Shown piece by piece: positions 46,701 to 60,500 of a stretch of DNA of 64,000 nucleotides. Origin of the DNA: Orbicella franksi (lineage: Eukaryota); NCBI GenBank assembly GCA_964199315.1, contig OZ116710.1, positions 17,670,001 to 17,734,000 on the forward strand. The letters are read 5' to 3'. The notes beneath the pieces are model-generated. The model was not told where the DNA came from and searched no databases. It worked only from the letters and a program-made list of their open reading frames with translations. Made by a program: the position numbers and the translations under genes. The first letter of the stretch is position 1; each line of letters opens with the position of its first letter.

Positions 46701-49700
46701 CATTTTATATAGGCCTTCCCTCTCCATCTGCATCATACGATTCTGTGTAGTCGATTTCTCTTGTTTGATTTCCGATGCAAAACTGACACAATTCCGAGCA
46801 GAAAATGAAAATTCAAAATATACTGCTACAGCGAACGTTTTTGTCCTACCGACAGTCAAGCCAAAACATTTATCTAACCCGCCAACCCTGGAGCTACTTA
46901 ATCTGATACTTAAAATATAGATTTATTAACTAAATTCATCAGAAGTTACTTTTGCCGCTGTACTAAATCGGTAAAATCTATGTCGGGATCCCGGTTTCTT
47001 TTACAGAGAAGTACAAAAGGTTCATCAAACGAACTGCAAGTGAGCTTCACGTAATTATGCAAAATCAAGAGACTGACTCGATGAAAACAAATCATGATTG
47101 CAAATTGTTGAACACATCGAGAACCTGTTTTCTTTTATAACTTTGCGAATATTTTGGAGGATCCTGAGATGAATTCACCCAATAGGGTGCGCAAAATTTG
47201 TCTTCACGATATGAGTTTTTAAGGGGGTCGCAAATTTGCTTTTTCATTGAATTTGAGGGCGATATTTTTGAAGCGAAATAATTGGACACAGTCGGTTAGC
47301 AACTCTAATTGAATCTATGGATCACTTACCTGTCAAGTAACTTAGTGCCTCGGGCTTGTCTGAGGGAAAACAAAAACCGCTGCGGAAAAATTCGGATCGC
47401 ATCATAGCGATAGCACATTTCAAAATGATTGAAAATAAACCAGTTAACACATTGCGGCAACGTTCTACCGCCATCTTCTCTCACGTAGTTGATTTTTTGT
47501 CGCTGTTCAAAGCCTGAGTGAAAATATTTTTCGTAGAATATTTAGAGACCTTCTCGTAAGGACAAGAAAAGTGAAACAGCATACATATTTAATGTTATTA
47601 AAATGTTCATTCTAACGTACAATGCTATTCGCTAGAACGCTTTCTATAATCACTGGTTAGCCCAAGAGAATCAAGTCTTTCATTGACAATTTGTTTGTGA
47701 CGCGTTTCATTCAAACCATATAGCTACCTGTGATATAACTATATCGGTGTGATTTTTGATCTGAAAAAAAAACGAAAACAAAATGACTCCAGGTTACAGT
47801 TAAAGTAAGAAAAAACTGATAAATAGAGCTTCTATAATTTGAGTGTAACTCGGCGAGAACACCTTAATTCATTTAACTGATTATATGATGAATTTCAAAA
47901 TATGGCTCTATTTATAATACATGCTCACGCGAACTTCAACATCCGAATTTATCCTAACGTCGTAGAGTAAGGCTTTTGTTTTCCTATAGCCACCTTTTGC
48001 TGCCTGCTTAATATCGGTTTTCAAAACTGACTGTAAGTTTCTCCTTTTGAACTAAATGTACGCACTCGTGGCAGTCATTAAGTTAATTTTTGTTTAATAG
48101 TTGTGCATGTTGCGTTGTGGATAACCGAGTTCTGTTATCGCTAAGTAGCAGAATTACACTCTAAGCCCGGTCAGGCAAATTGAACTTTGTTGCTTTGTTT
48201 GTCGGTGTGAGGTTCGCGTAAAATCAAGTTTGTGAAACAGCGTACATAATAAAATTCTAATTTCATTTTCAGAAGCAAAGCTATTCGCTAAAACTGTTTG
48301 CTTTCTGCTATTTGTCCAATGAAAGACATGTTATATTTGTACATTCGCTCAATCTGTTGATTACTTCATAGTTTTTTTTTTTTCATTTTTCACGAATGAG
48401 TGCGAGTCAGTTTTTTCTGATTTCTTTTTTTTGGATGCAATTCCACACTAATTTTTCAGCGAAAAGACAACTTAACCACAATAAAAAAAATTCGAATGAT
48501 AAAGAAAGAAGAATATTTGCTTTTACACTCGGATGTCGAGTCCTTGATAATAAATGGTTTTAAACACATGCGCCTGTGATAGAACAAAGTCCAAATGCAG
48601 ACTCTGGATAATATTCTAATTCCCTCTGTCTGTCGTACTTCTGTCATAATCTCTAAAATGAAATAAATAAAACCTAGCAGCCCGGCCTTCTATTTTTGTT
48701 CCTGTTCAAATAATCAATTCAACCTGTATTGTGCATTAACACAAAACCTGTTAACGGTAAGGTAGCGAACAACGGAAAACAACATTTTTCCCTTATAGCA
48801 ATAAATAACATAAGCACTCTAAAGAGATTGAAGGAGAGTCTTATAAAACACTTGAAGTAAGTCTCATTGGTGAACATGACATTACTCTCATGAAAAATAT
48901 TAATGTTGAAAATCTCACTGCTAATTTCTTGTCAGCTAATTTACCCAAAGTGCTGCCTGTAAATTAAGTGATCTAATTTTCCAGAACGTTTACCCTGACT
49001 ACAGTTTAAGGTGTGCGCATATAAAGGTTTTTTTTTCCTTCTCTCTAAATCTGGTGATGTCGTACTATTTTAGCAAAATTGGTGCATGATTTTCAGTTAA
49101 CACTAGATCATTTACCTTTGAGTGAACACAGCCTCTGGGTCGTTTGAGTGTGCACACAAAGCTAAACAGTAGAACAGAGAAATGAATGTTAGATTTAACA
49201 TTAAAATCGATAAAAACAAAGAGTTCTAAAAGAAATTTAAACTTACATTGTTAAGTTCTCCAAGCTTGGAAAAAAATTCTCAGCAAGTTTTCTTTCCTTG
49301 ACTTACTGACCACACTGTTTGTTACTTCCTTTGTTTATCTCGGAAAATTTTCGCCAGAACAAGTTTTTGAAACAATAGATTTGTTAGGTACACTTTTATT
49401 TTTCTATCTAACACGCAATGTTATTCGCTATGTATGAAGAACGGTTTGTTTAGTCGTGGATTTGTCCAATAGGATGAAGCTTTTTATTCTGTCACCTTTG
49501 CTCCTGCTGTAATGCAATATCAGACAAACCAAAGCCGTGAATCAATTCTTGTCTTTTTTTTTTTAAACTGGATAAGCAAAAAATAATTGAATCTTTGTTT
49601 AATATGAATGCCTGCTCAAAAATGAAAGCCAACAACTCAGAAATGCAACACATTCTATCCTTATACGAATACTTGTACTTTGAAAAGTGTTAGCCCCAAT

Positions 49701-52700
49701 TGCAACAAAACTTGAAGTTATAAAGATTACTTTTTTATCAGCTCTCTTAGGCTACAGTGCAAGTCTGCTGTGGCCCTAAAGAAGGGCATAAAAATTACTC
49801 GTGGAATAATTACACTAGATTTAGATTTGAACACAGATCTGCTGACACCTATCAGTGAAACATCGAGTCACGTCATTACACTGTACATGAGGAAATCAAC
49901 CACCTTTGGAAGTAGAACACAGTTCTGTTCTATTTTTTTTTTTTTTTTTTGCAAATTTATATTTCTTTCTACGTATCAGGCAGCAGGGATATTCGCACAA
50001 AAGTGAGTGCAATCTACATAGCAAACCGCGAAAACTCGCTAAAAGTCACCCGTGACTATTAATATCTTTTGAAAATGTCTGTTTTGTCGCAAATATCTCC
50101 ATTAATACGTTTCGCGTCATATTTGAAACGAATGAAAACAGAGAGCATTTACAAGCTTCCCTACTGAATTTGATAAGACAAATCTGGTGCAGAGAGCACA
50201 AAATTCTACTAAAGAATAGATTCCTCCGTCTTAGTGGCTTTCAAACTGAGAAAAATTATAACCGGTATATCACAGCGCATGTTAGGGCACAGGTCTTCGT
50301 TTGCTTGAATCGAGGAAGAGACTCGACAGACTTACAGATGAAAACCAAAATGATTTCAACAAAGGTTGTTGTTTAGCAATATCAACAACTGCTGTAATTG
50401 TGCAGAATCCTGGCTTTTGTGGAGAATTAGTTATGTTATCATTGAAGAATTGTTATTTCCTACATTGTAAAATGTAATAAATGCAAGAAGTAAGAGCCAG
50501 AAAACGTTGATTTATCCTCGATTACCTGACAGCATAACAGTGTTTGCATTCCTGCAAACATTTTACATTAGAACGTGCTTTGGAATAGCTTCAATAATTT
50601 TAGGGCCAGCTGAAGAATGTAAGTGCCAGACTTCCGTTAAGTTGGCTTCAAACGAGAATACCTGGACTCCAAGAAAGACTGAAACATAGCGGTGATGAAT
50701 CAATCGAAACTGTTTTGTTATTTCCATATTCAACTGCCTGGCTTTGTCTTGATATCAAAAAAAAATAGAGGCTCACTTGTTTTGAATGGGAGGAAAACTC
50801 TTGCTAAAAGCAGTCAATTTACAAACGGAAAACAAGACAAAAACGAAGCGAAACGCGGCTGACATGTAGAAAATCAAATTTAACACATGAGGAAATGCAT
50901 ATAAAGATTCAGCGTCTTTTGTTAGTGTCTGAAATCGTTTTTTTTTTTTTTGGGTGTTCATGACCGATTGACTTATGAATTGTATGAACACACGTTCGTC
51001 TAATTAGCATTAACTGACCCAGAGAAGACATGGAAAGGCACTTAAACGAAAAATAAACGAGCTACACCGATCATACCTGTAAACACTTCCTGAAGTCTTT
51101 GTGCTTTGATATGGATACATCGAAACGCGCGCCTGAAAACATTTCTTCATTTTGAATCCTCGAACTAGAATCTTGTCTCTACCAGTTCGCCATTGAACAT
51201 GAATCCACTGTTTTGAATAACTTCAGTTCATTCCTGACACTTCTGGCAAAATTGTTTGCGATAATTCTTCCCTTAATCCAATGAAAGATGTGATTTTTGG
51301 CTTTGTGTGGTTTGTTAACTTCAAAACGTCAATTTATTCGAATATCGGCGAGACTAGTTAACAATAATCAACAATGAAATTTGTTTACTTTAACCATTTC
51401 CGAACTTACACTTTATAATTATGCAGTCTCAACTATTTGTTTTGTGCATTTGTCATCGTAAATACTGAAATTAAACAAAATAACGGCTTCCGCCAGAAAT
51501 AAACGTCACAATTGAGGCGCGAAGGGCTTGATACTTTATCAAAGCAAGCAGACAACAGAAAAAATGTCCTATCAAACAGGTCACTTGGATGTATGGTTCT
51601 TCGACCACAAAAGCTGTGTGGTACGTCACCTTAACTATTGCCCAGATGCATGTAACGATTTGCGCGAGGACTAAATTTCGGTTAGTAGAGCTGAAAATAT
51701 TAATCCCGTAGACTGCGTACTTACTCTCGCTCTAGTGGTATTTAGAAATGAAAGTCATCAGGTTCAGAAGCGAAACAACGTTCTGAAAGGTATTTCTTTT
51801 GTGTTTTCTTTGATATGGATACTTAGACCTCTGTTCGCGATTGAAAAAATTCATTTTGGTTTTATGGTTGCTAATTAATAGATAAAGTTGACGAGGCCGA
51901 AACGAATCGACTACATCCCATAGAAATAGAGAGCGAACCATCTAAATTATTTTAGTAGAATTTTAACTAAATTTCCTTCAGTTGACGATTACCAACGGCA
52001 TTTCGCAACGTAGTATCAATCTCAAGCTTTAGCAAAATCGCGCGGACTAAATTGCTATTGAAACTTAATTGCAGTTGTGCAGGGGCACTCATCAGTTCAT
52101 TGGAAAATTTTGAGGTTTTAATTCGCATAATGGTCAATTTCCTTTCTTTGATGTCCTTGGGAATTGAATAATGCCGTAATATGTTTTGAAATCGTTTTCA
52201 AAACTTCAGAGAAACCAGATGTCAATGGCATCCAGCCACTGCACACTCCTTAAACTTTCGAAAAAAATAGGTTGCTTCTGTCGAAGAGCTATAGGCTGAT
52301 AGTTGCCCCTCGGAATATTTTCCCGAGAAGTGATGCTAATTGTAAAAACATCAAATTTCCTCGACAGAAACACTTCTTTAAGTAGTGTCTCTCCGCCGAT
52401 GAGCACTATTGCATTACTTAATCAATTTAAAACAATAAGAATTCGGGGAAAATGTATATACTTATCTCTCTTTCTTAATAAGGTTCTTGAAATTAGAAAG
52501 CGATTCGGCTTATTTAATTGTTTATGGTAATCCATTTGAAATGTATGAAATCATTCTGATTAATCCTTAACCGTTATAACTCAGCTGAATAAAGCTGTAT
52601 TGATTAATGGCACCTTACGTAATTGTTAATAACTTCAGAAGCGAAAACAAGGACTTGGGAATCAAACAAATGTGTCTGCAGAATAGAAGGGAGAGGAATC

Positions 52701-53427
52701 TTGGTTCACGCAACAGATTACGTCATCGCCTTTGTTTACTGCTCGCACAAAGAGTTTTACACGCGAGTCAAGCAAAGAATGTCAAGTAGTTCAAGACGAG
52801 TGCATGCTCAATGAGTCAATATTTTAATGCCAATGACTGAGTTTGTTCACTCGAACTGATAGACCCTGAGCAAGTTTGTTTTTGGTAAAATTTAGAACAG
52901 TTATCTGGATAAAAATATCATAAAAACACAAGCTGTCGGCTGCCTAGACTGCAGCCTTCAACGGCTGGAATGGTGCGGTTCCTCCGATATTTTGAAGATT
53001 TTTTTTTTTTAAGTTTGTAAAAGCGCAGTAGTGAGACACCATTCGACATGAGAGAGCGGGACCAGTAAAAGCCGTAAGCATCGATAAGGTTAGTCGGTTT
53101 TGTAACGTTTTCACTGGTAAGTGGAGACAATGCAAAGTGGTCAACAACTGTATTTCCAATGGCTCATAAAAGACATTGAACTCGTATCCATTTTCGTTTG
53201 TTTTTTTTTTACCTGGAGCTCTTAACCAACAAACCGCACACCACTTGTTCCCTGTCGTGTCAGATTTACTATCCAAAGATAATTCCTATCGTAGCTTGCA
53301 AGGAGTTTGGTGTGAGGTATAATTACAAGGATACAATGTTTGAGGCGCTTGGTGCTCATTTCTCACATCTTAAGACGCAGGGACAAGAGAGAGAGAAGCC
53401 TGTTGTCACCAGACCTGAGGTGTGGAA

Positions 53428-53476
53428 GGATTGAAATCCAGCTATCGCTTTGAAAGCGATAGCTGGATTCCAATCC
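53428..53476. repeat. Near-perfect palindrome (17-bp perfect arms, 24 bp with 1 mismatch, 1-nt loop)
   Basis: ggattgaaatccagctatcgcttt-g-aaagcgatagctggattccaatcc. Confidence 0.9.
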
Positions 53477-54499
53477 CCAGTGGGGGAAGGGGTGAGTAAC
53501 ATATTTTTTTAGGTAAATTTGAATGACACCACGAATTTTGTTAAGTAAGCTAGTTGCCAAGCTACGTGACGCAATTTGAGGTATAAATGTTCATGTAACA
53601 TCGTTTTACCAATATCACGCGATCTTTGCTGACGTCACTGTTTACATTGTGCGTCATTAGCATACGGCTTCGTGTATTCTTTGCGTATTAGATCTGAATT
53701 GACTCCGCAGTTAAAGAGCTTGTGACACTTGGTAGATAGTAAGGTTTTAGCTAGTAGAGTGTGATATTACACTTGTGATACTGGCTTTTAAAATGTCGAA
53801 ATTTCTGCTGAGAAAAGCGCTAATGAGCCCGTACATTCTTTTTTTACATTTTGAGTTTTTTAACCCGCGTGGCGCAAATCGCTTATGCTAAAGAGGCAAA
53901 TACATGTATTGTAATGAAAGATTCCCCTATTCACATGTGTTCTCTTTATATTTTTGGATTAATGAAAAAGAATCGGAAACTCCTCGAATGGTTACGAAGA
54001 TTTACCGAAAAGGAGTTTGTCTCCCTGTTCAACTCAATCCATTCAATTATTACATTTCTGTCAGGAGAGGATGCTCTGAGAGAAGGATTCTCCCGTACAT
54101 GAGTTTCAATCAATAATATTTTGTTGAAATCTATTACTGCAACATAGCGCGTGTGCTAGTCCTACCTAATTTCTATCGAGCCATCGTGAACGAAACCTCT
54201 TGTTACCATAATTGCTACTAATCTAGCAATCTGATTGGCTAATTTCTTGTTGTCGATAAGAGTCCAGACAACGCTGCTCGGGTCAATGTGTCACGCAATG
54301 CCTCTTTCAGCTTGCGCTCTGAAAAAATCATTTTCTTTGACGTTGATATTGTGGTGAAAAACAAATCGAAATGTCGTTTAGCGTGGTCTGTACTCTTATC
54401 GACAACGATACGCGTCATCACGGTGGTCAAAATGTTGTGGACTAACGAGGCGCAAATCAAATTCGATTTGTTAAATGTACGCACGGTCGTGCGTATATA

Positions 54500-55687
54500 A
54501 CATGGCGTGCGCAGTTTCAATTTAGCTGCAAAATTTGCGTCGAGTTTAGTGCAAGCCCCTTTTGTTTAAATTTCGGCAATGTGAAGATTATTCGGAACAA
54601 TCCAAATCCTACTTCGAGCCTTTGACTTTTGCCAAGATAAGATGTTTACTTAAACTCGAGTATTTTGACTTTGTTTGTCTACCTTTTCATTGAGTATTTT
54701 TGACTTTGTTTGCCGACACTTTCATAAGAATTAATTCGAAGAAGTGAATTTTTCATTGACAATTTGGAAACCACGTTAAGCGTTTTCGTTCAACTGTTGC
54801 TCAACTGGTGGGGCGTGTTAGGATCCTAATGACCTTTGTTTTCCTTTACCGTGCATTGTGACAACTTTGTAATCATCACAAATAAAACATTTTAAGTTAG
54901 CGCCCAAGTTGTTGTCGCCATGTTACAAAAAAATTGGTTTATGCTTTTAGCTGTGCGTATATCGAGTTATGGATGCACTTGGGAAGTTTGAAGAGCACTC
55001 AAGAAGCTAGCGTTCACGCTTTCGGCTATCGTCTCCAGCAACTCTTGCGCTTCTTTCGTGTTCTTCAAACTTCCCACCTGCATCCATAACTCGATATACG
55101 CACGCTAAGCAAGAACCAACCGTCTTTAACGGGCATTTTAAGAAAGATGCCTTATTCGTCTAACGTTTTCACGTGTTACTGCAGATACCTTGCACAAAAC
55201 TTCTGTTTGAGGAACTAACCAATAAAAACGTCTGGGTTAGGTAATTCATACAGAGTTTACAAGCGCAAAACAATTAACATCAATTTCAATCAATCGATCA
55301 ATCAATTTCATCATCCTACCATCAATTTGGGCATCTTTCAGCTGCGCTCTTTTGATGTTTACTGTGCTTCATAACCATTTCCTCTATCAATGCAGTGTCA
55401 GCTTAACATGGGGTCCTCTATATTAAATTTCACTATTGTAATAAATTTTCTTATTATAAGCCTATTAGGTCACAACGCCTCCACTTGCGATCTGTGGTGT
55501 GATTTTCCTGTTCAATTCTCAAAGGGGGCTTGTGTTTGTATCTATTCACAACAGTAATTTAGCATAGCGAGCGTATCATGTAGTGCACAGATATCTAAGA
55601 ACTGCTTTTGGGTTTGCTAAATTAAAATAAACGTGAAGAAGGAAAACTGGAGTATCTCAACTGGCGGCAGTTTGAAAGTACTTGTAA
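54500..55687 (+). repeat. Start of a third, truncated duplication unit
   Basis: Matches 660-1840. Homology stops at gtacttgtaa (55687), the site of the MITE in units 1 and 2. Confidence 0.85.
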
Positions 55688-57483
55688 GTATTTTAGACTT
55701 GGCGTGTCTATGTATATGTACACATAAACTCTGATCCTTAACTTCTTTCTGGTAGAAAGAAACATTTCGACGCGTCTTAATCCAATAAGGTGTAAACTTG
55801 GTTGTGTCTCATTAAGACTTCCATGTTAAGGGGGCACCCCCCTTTTATGATCATCATAATAATATTTAGTAGAATTCTATCACTATACTAATGCAAATGC
55901 TGCAATCCTCTTTGTTGAGCTACTTGTACACTATCAGCCATTATAGTTCGCCACTAAATTTTCTCCAATTCTTATTGGTTTAAATTGATCACGTGACGCG
56001 ATAGCGTTTATCCGCGGAGAGACACTATTAACCCATAGTGCCCGTCCGAGGAAAATATCCAGATGGATAATACTCGTCTGTGAAAATTTTTCTGTAAACA
56101 AGCGGGGTTATAGAAAATAAACATTTGAAATTGTATCAAGTAGGTTTTTGTCTATTTTCTCTTTCAAATTTTACATTTGGCTGTCACGGCTTTCATCTAA
56201 AAAAGTTGAAAGTAATTCAATATGATTTTTGAACTGGAAACTTGATGTTCTTAAACCTGGCATATTTGCCCCCAAATATTTGTTTTAAGAAAATCAAATT
56301 TCCGCGGGGCAGCTATCGGCCGATAGTTCCTCGACAGAAACATTCTATTGTTTAAATAGTTGATTCGGCCTTCGGCCTAATTATTAAATATATTTAGCAT
56401 AAATCTACTAGCTTTCTACCCCGAATGCCGTTCTCGGATTGGCTGCGCTACTCACTATCTTTTCCGATGCAGATAATGGGCCGAGGGATATTCGGCTGGG
56501 GTCCGAAGTGTCATTGAAGAGGATTTAGGTTAAAGTTTTGAACGACTACTAATATAGATTTATACTAAAGCGGTGAACTAGATTATTCACTCTCGATTTC
56601 TATGCGTCAGTGTTCGCCCTCGTCAACTGTCACGCGATAGAATTTTCGAGCTCATGACCTAATTGTTAATTTTGTTGCAATAATAATATGCAGTAGTAAT
56701 AATAAACGTCACCACGGCAACACATTAATAGACCATCACCTTCGCCGTTAAGTCTGTTATAAAACAAGCAAAGTGATTCCCCTTGTACTGACGGTCACGA
56801 GTGTTCGCGTATGAACTGAGTTATGCGTACACGATGATGTTCATCTCGAAATAGACTGCGCGTTCAACGATCAAATGAAAACACGAGAAAATAGAGGGCT
56901 GTAAACAGTCTAGTCTTGAAGGGGTTACGTGATTTCTTAAAGTTTTTGATCAGCATGGTGAATGACAAAACATTCTCAAGTTTTTAGACCTCAGATGTAT
57001 ATTAATGCCTGGGGCTGAGGCAATGTGATTTTTGGAGGAATATGAAAGGATGAAAGCATATTTTTGATACTGCCGAGAGGATATTAATTCGTCATCGTGC
57101 GTTAAGTTTTTATGTTGTTTTTTAATAATATATATCTCCATATGTTTGACATAGAGCGGCATCTGTTTATCCTTTTGAGCCTGAGTGGAGAAGAAAAAAT
57201 ATGAACAGTGATCGGCCTTAGTTTTTCTCCCGCAATTTTTGTTCATTTTTAGTCACACTTGTCCTGTAAATTTGTCCAGGTCCAGTGGTATAAGTTAATG
57301 AAATAGAACTAAAATAACTGGCGAAGCTAGAGAAGTATATTGGTAACAAGAAGATATGACGCTATAAAACTCACGCACTCTCTTTGCATTGGAAATGTGA
57401 TTTTTAAAGAGACTTAAAATTGTCCAGGGGTCCTACCCAAAAACCAGTATAACAACGTAAAAATATCTGTTTCCCATCGTCGT

Positions 57484-57557
57484 TGCTCCGATGGTGTAGT
57501 GGTCTTCACACCTGTTTAGTCAGCAGGCGTACATGAGTTCGAATCCTGCGTGTCGCA
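57484..57557 (+). pseudogene. Degenerate tRNA-Thr(AGT)-like sequence or SINE head
   Basis: A-box tggtgtagtgg, D stem GTGT/ACAC, anticodon arm CCTGT-ttAGTca-GCAGG, B-box gttcgaatcc, followed by T-runs. The T-stem and acceptor stem pair poorly. Confidence 0.5.
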
Positions 57558-60500
57558 TTTATTTTCCTTTTCCCTTAATATGTATTGTGTTTACTTTTGG
57601 TTATCAATCCGCTCTTTGATTTGTTGATTATCTACAAATTATTTATCAGTTCATTCCACTACCTCAATATCATTTCTGTTGCCTTATCCCCCAACTCTTA
57701 GAGCCAAGTTAGTATTTAATGATGCTGAAATTGGCCTATAAGTATACTTTTATGAAGCGCTACGTTGATAGAAGACTTTTAAGCAAGAAAAGCAGACCTT
57801 TCAATTTTTTGCTTAGTTAGTCAAATTGTTTTCTTTTCCTACATCACATACTGAAGATGCCATTGAACGTTTTGCGACCTAAAGAATGATGATACATGCA
57901 GTACTGAATACAAGAAGATTGCGGGCAAACGTACACAAAAATGAAAATAAATAGATGAATAGAATTTCTTCGTGAAGAGAAAAGAATGCAATTGAGTCAT
58001 TCTCTGTCCCACGCACGTGGCATAGTTCTACAGCCATTGGTTGCAGTTGTTAATCCGTATCATATTCATGACAAGTGAGGCGTTCGCGTCAACCTGAGCA
58101 GGTTGTGAAGGTTTTCGGATGTGGCTTCGCCTCTCCCAAGCAAGAAGAACGACTAAAGGGAAACGACTAAAGGGAAACGACCTTTGAACCATTTAAACCG
58201 ATAGTAAGCATCTATCTTGTAACATTTCCCTTCAAATAGTTTTCAAAATGCGCAGTAAAATCGTTGTCGTAGTGAACACGTGTGATTGGCAAGTCGCTAC
58301 GTTCGAGGGTTTAGAACATCGATACTATGTTTATTTATTACTATAGCTATTTGAACAAATTATTTAGCTTACTAGTGCAGCTTTTCGGCTGTTTGTATGA
58401 GACAGAGCTGTCGGTTAAGCGACATACAGTTACAACGACGCAAGGATAAGCATGTTGTTCGTTACCCAAATATGGAAGAATTTTGCCGAGAATTACCAAG
58501 ACAGATAATAATGTTTTTGTCTGTTTCTTCTCAGGCCGCAAAAGGACGCAACTCAAGGAATGCAAAGTGAAAAATAAACAAAGGAAGGATCAGAACGTGG
58601 AAGAAGAGAAGCACATGGAATTATGTAAGAAGTAGTATTAATTACAATATTCAAATGTTCCCACCAAATTGATGGTTGTGTATTTTCTACAGAAGTTTTA
58701 GCGGGCGAGATTTGGAATTTTTCAACCTTGAAATTGGAATATTGGGTGGGGGGATTACAAATTTTGCACGAGTTTGCTTTTAGTGAAACTACGGAACGAT
58801 CGGTGGGAACAATTAAAGAATCATTGGGCTCGTAGAATCTTGAAATATTTTAAACAAACCACGTCAAGCATCATTTTGATTGTTGAACTGTTCTGAACTC
58901 ACTTTGAATATTAGCCTTGAGCGATAACCGGCCTCTATTTTTCCCTCAGTTTCTTTTTCTCTTTTTTTTTTTTTTTTTTCTTTTTTCGCTTTAAAGCAAT
59001 AACATTTTCATGTTTTTTTTTTTCTTCGGTTATCATTTGGAGTTTTGGAGTGAGTTTGATTCTTTTCTGTCACATTAATCATTGATCGTTAGAGGAGACT
59101 TTAAGAAAATTCCTCTCCCAGTTATCGAGGTCATCAAGTTATCGCTCAAGCCTAAGCCTGGACTTAGACTTAGGGTTTTAAGGGGATCGCTGGCGACTGG
59201 GCGGGCATCGATTTACGTAAAGAAAAAAAAAGAGAAAATTGGATTTAGCAGACTGATTTCATTTGGGCGGGTGAATAACATAATTAATCTTGTTCTTAAA
59301 AGGACTTTGTAGAAAGGTTTGGCGGGAATATTCAAGAAAGAAAAGGTCAGTTTACGCCAGCGATCAGATGTTTTTTGAGTCCAGCGGATACAGTTGTAGT
59401 AAGATGTAACTTTTTAAGATGGCACTGAACATTTATTGAAGCCTTACCAAAAATAACTGTACGGCAAATATGCAGCTACGAAATCAGTTCGTTTTGAATA
59501 AAATCACAATGGAAGGCCTCCGATTGAATAAGATCAATGATCAAAACAAGTTCAATGTATTTAGCTTGTCTCTCAGAATCAAGGATAAATTTTCATAGTG
59601 ATGCGATTTAATTACGTGTTCGATCGAGTCGCCACATTGCACAATTAAAATATTCACTACTTCACTTTTGTTCAAATATTCTAGCAGCTATGTTCTTCGA
59701 AAATGATTCGTCTAAAGTCCGTTTAATAACCAAGCTATATTATATAGGGACATTTTTTGTTTCGTTTTTGTTTTGAGATGCTCTGCAAAATTCGTTTACA
59801 GCCAGATTGGTGTTGTTTCGTGCTCCAATTATGTTAAAAAAGCTAAATACCAGCTAGTTTCTCGTCAGATTTCAGTAAAACTATCACTCCAAAAACTGTC
59901 GCTGTGTGAGAATTGCTGAGAACTGACCTAAAATTACTGAAAAAATTATCGCACGTTAGTAAATTAAGAAACGTTTCGTTCAAATTTGATTTTTTTTTCC
60001 GCCAAAATAAACAACCAACTTGAGAGTATCCCACGAATGATGTAAACCTATGACAGCGTAAAACTGTTTTTGAAATTGAAGCTTCCTACATATTGAATAC
60101 GAAGAAATAATCTGTACAGATAGTTGGAGAAACCCTTTTTCACTCAAAATTTGTATAGTCGTTGTAAAACGATTAAAAAGAATTCTGCAAATTTTATAAG
60201 ACAACCTGCCAAATCTGTGAAAGTTAAGAAACATTTTATGCAACCTTGATTTCATGCCAAAATAAGACAAATAATAAACAGTAAATGAAAATCATTAGTG
60301 TGGTCACCAAACTTAGCTGATTTACATCAAGATTGAAATCCTTGTTTAAATTCATCTCTTTTGGACAAGTTTAAAATGGTTCAATTTTTGAAAGTTAAGA
60401 AACACACCATTCAACGTCGATTTAACAAATTGACGTCAGTTTTTCGTGAGTCTGTCCTTTTACTGATCACAAATTTCGTCATAAAATTTTCAGAGTAGTC

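Larger units (their letters stand above)
28600..54500 (+). repeat. Tandem segmental duplication, unit 2 (~26 kb)
   Basis: Collinear with unit 1. It lacks the Crypton, foldback, DIRS, 1-kb TTAA and IS3EU insertions, but carries the Ginger-like element and an extra ~6.8-kb block (41400-48170). Confidence 0.9.

Noticed and set aside
59780-60300. Possible LINE or other coding remnant (ORFs 59843..60034 and 59980..60270)
   Set aside because: No diagnostic motif found on hand translation; AT-rich chance ORFs.
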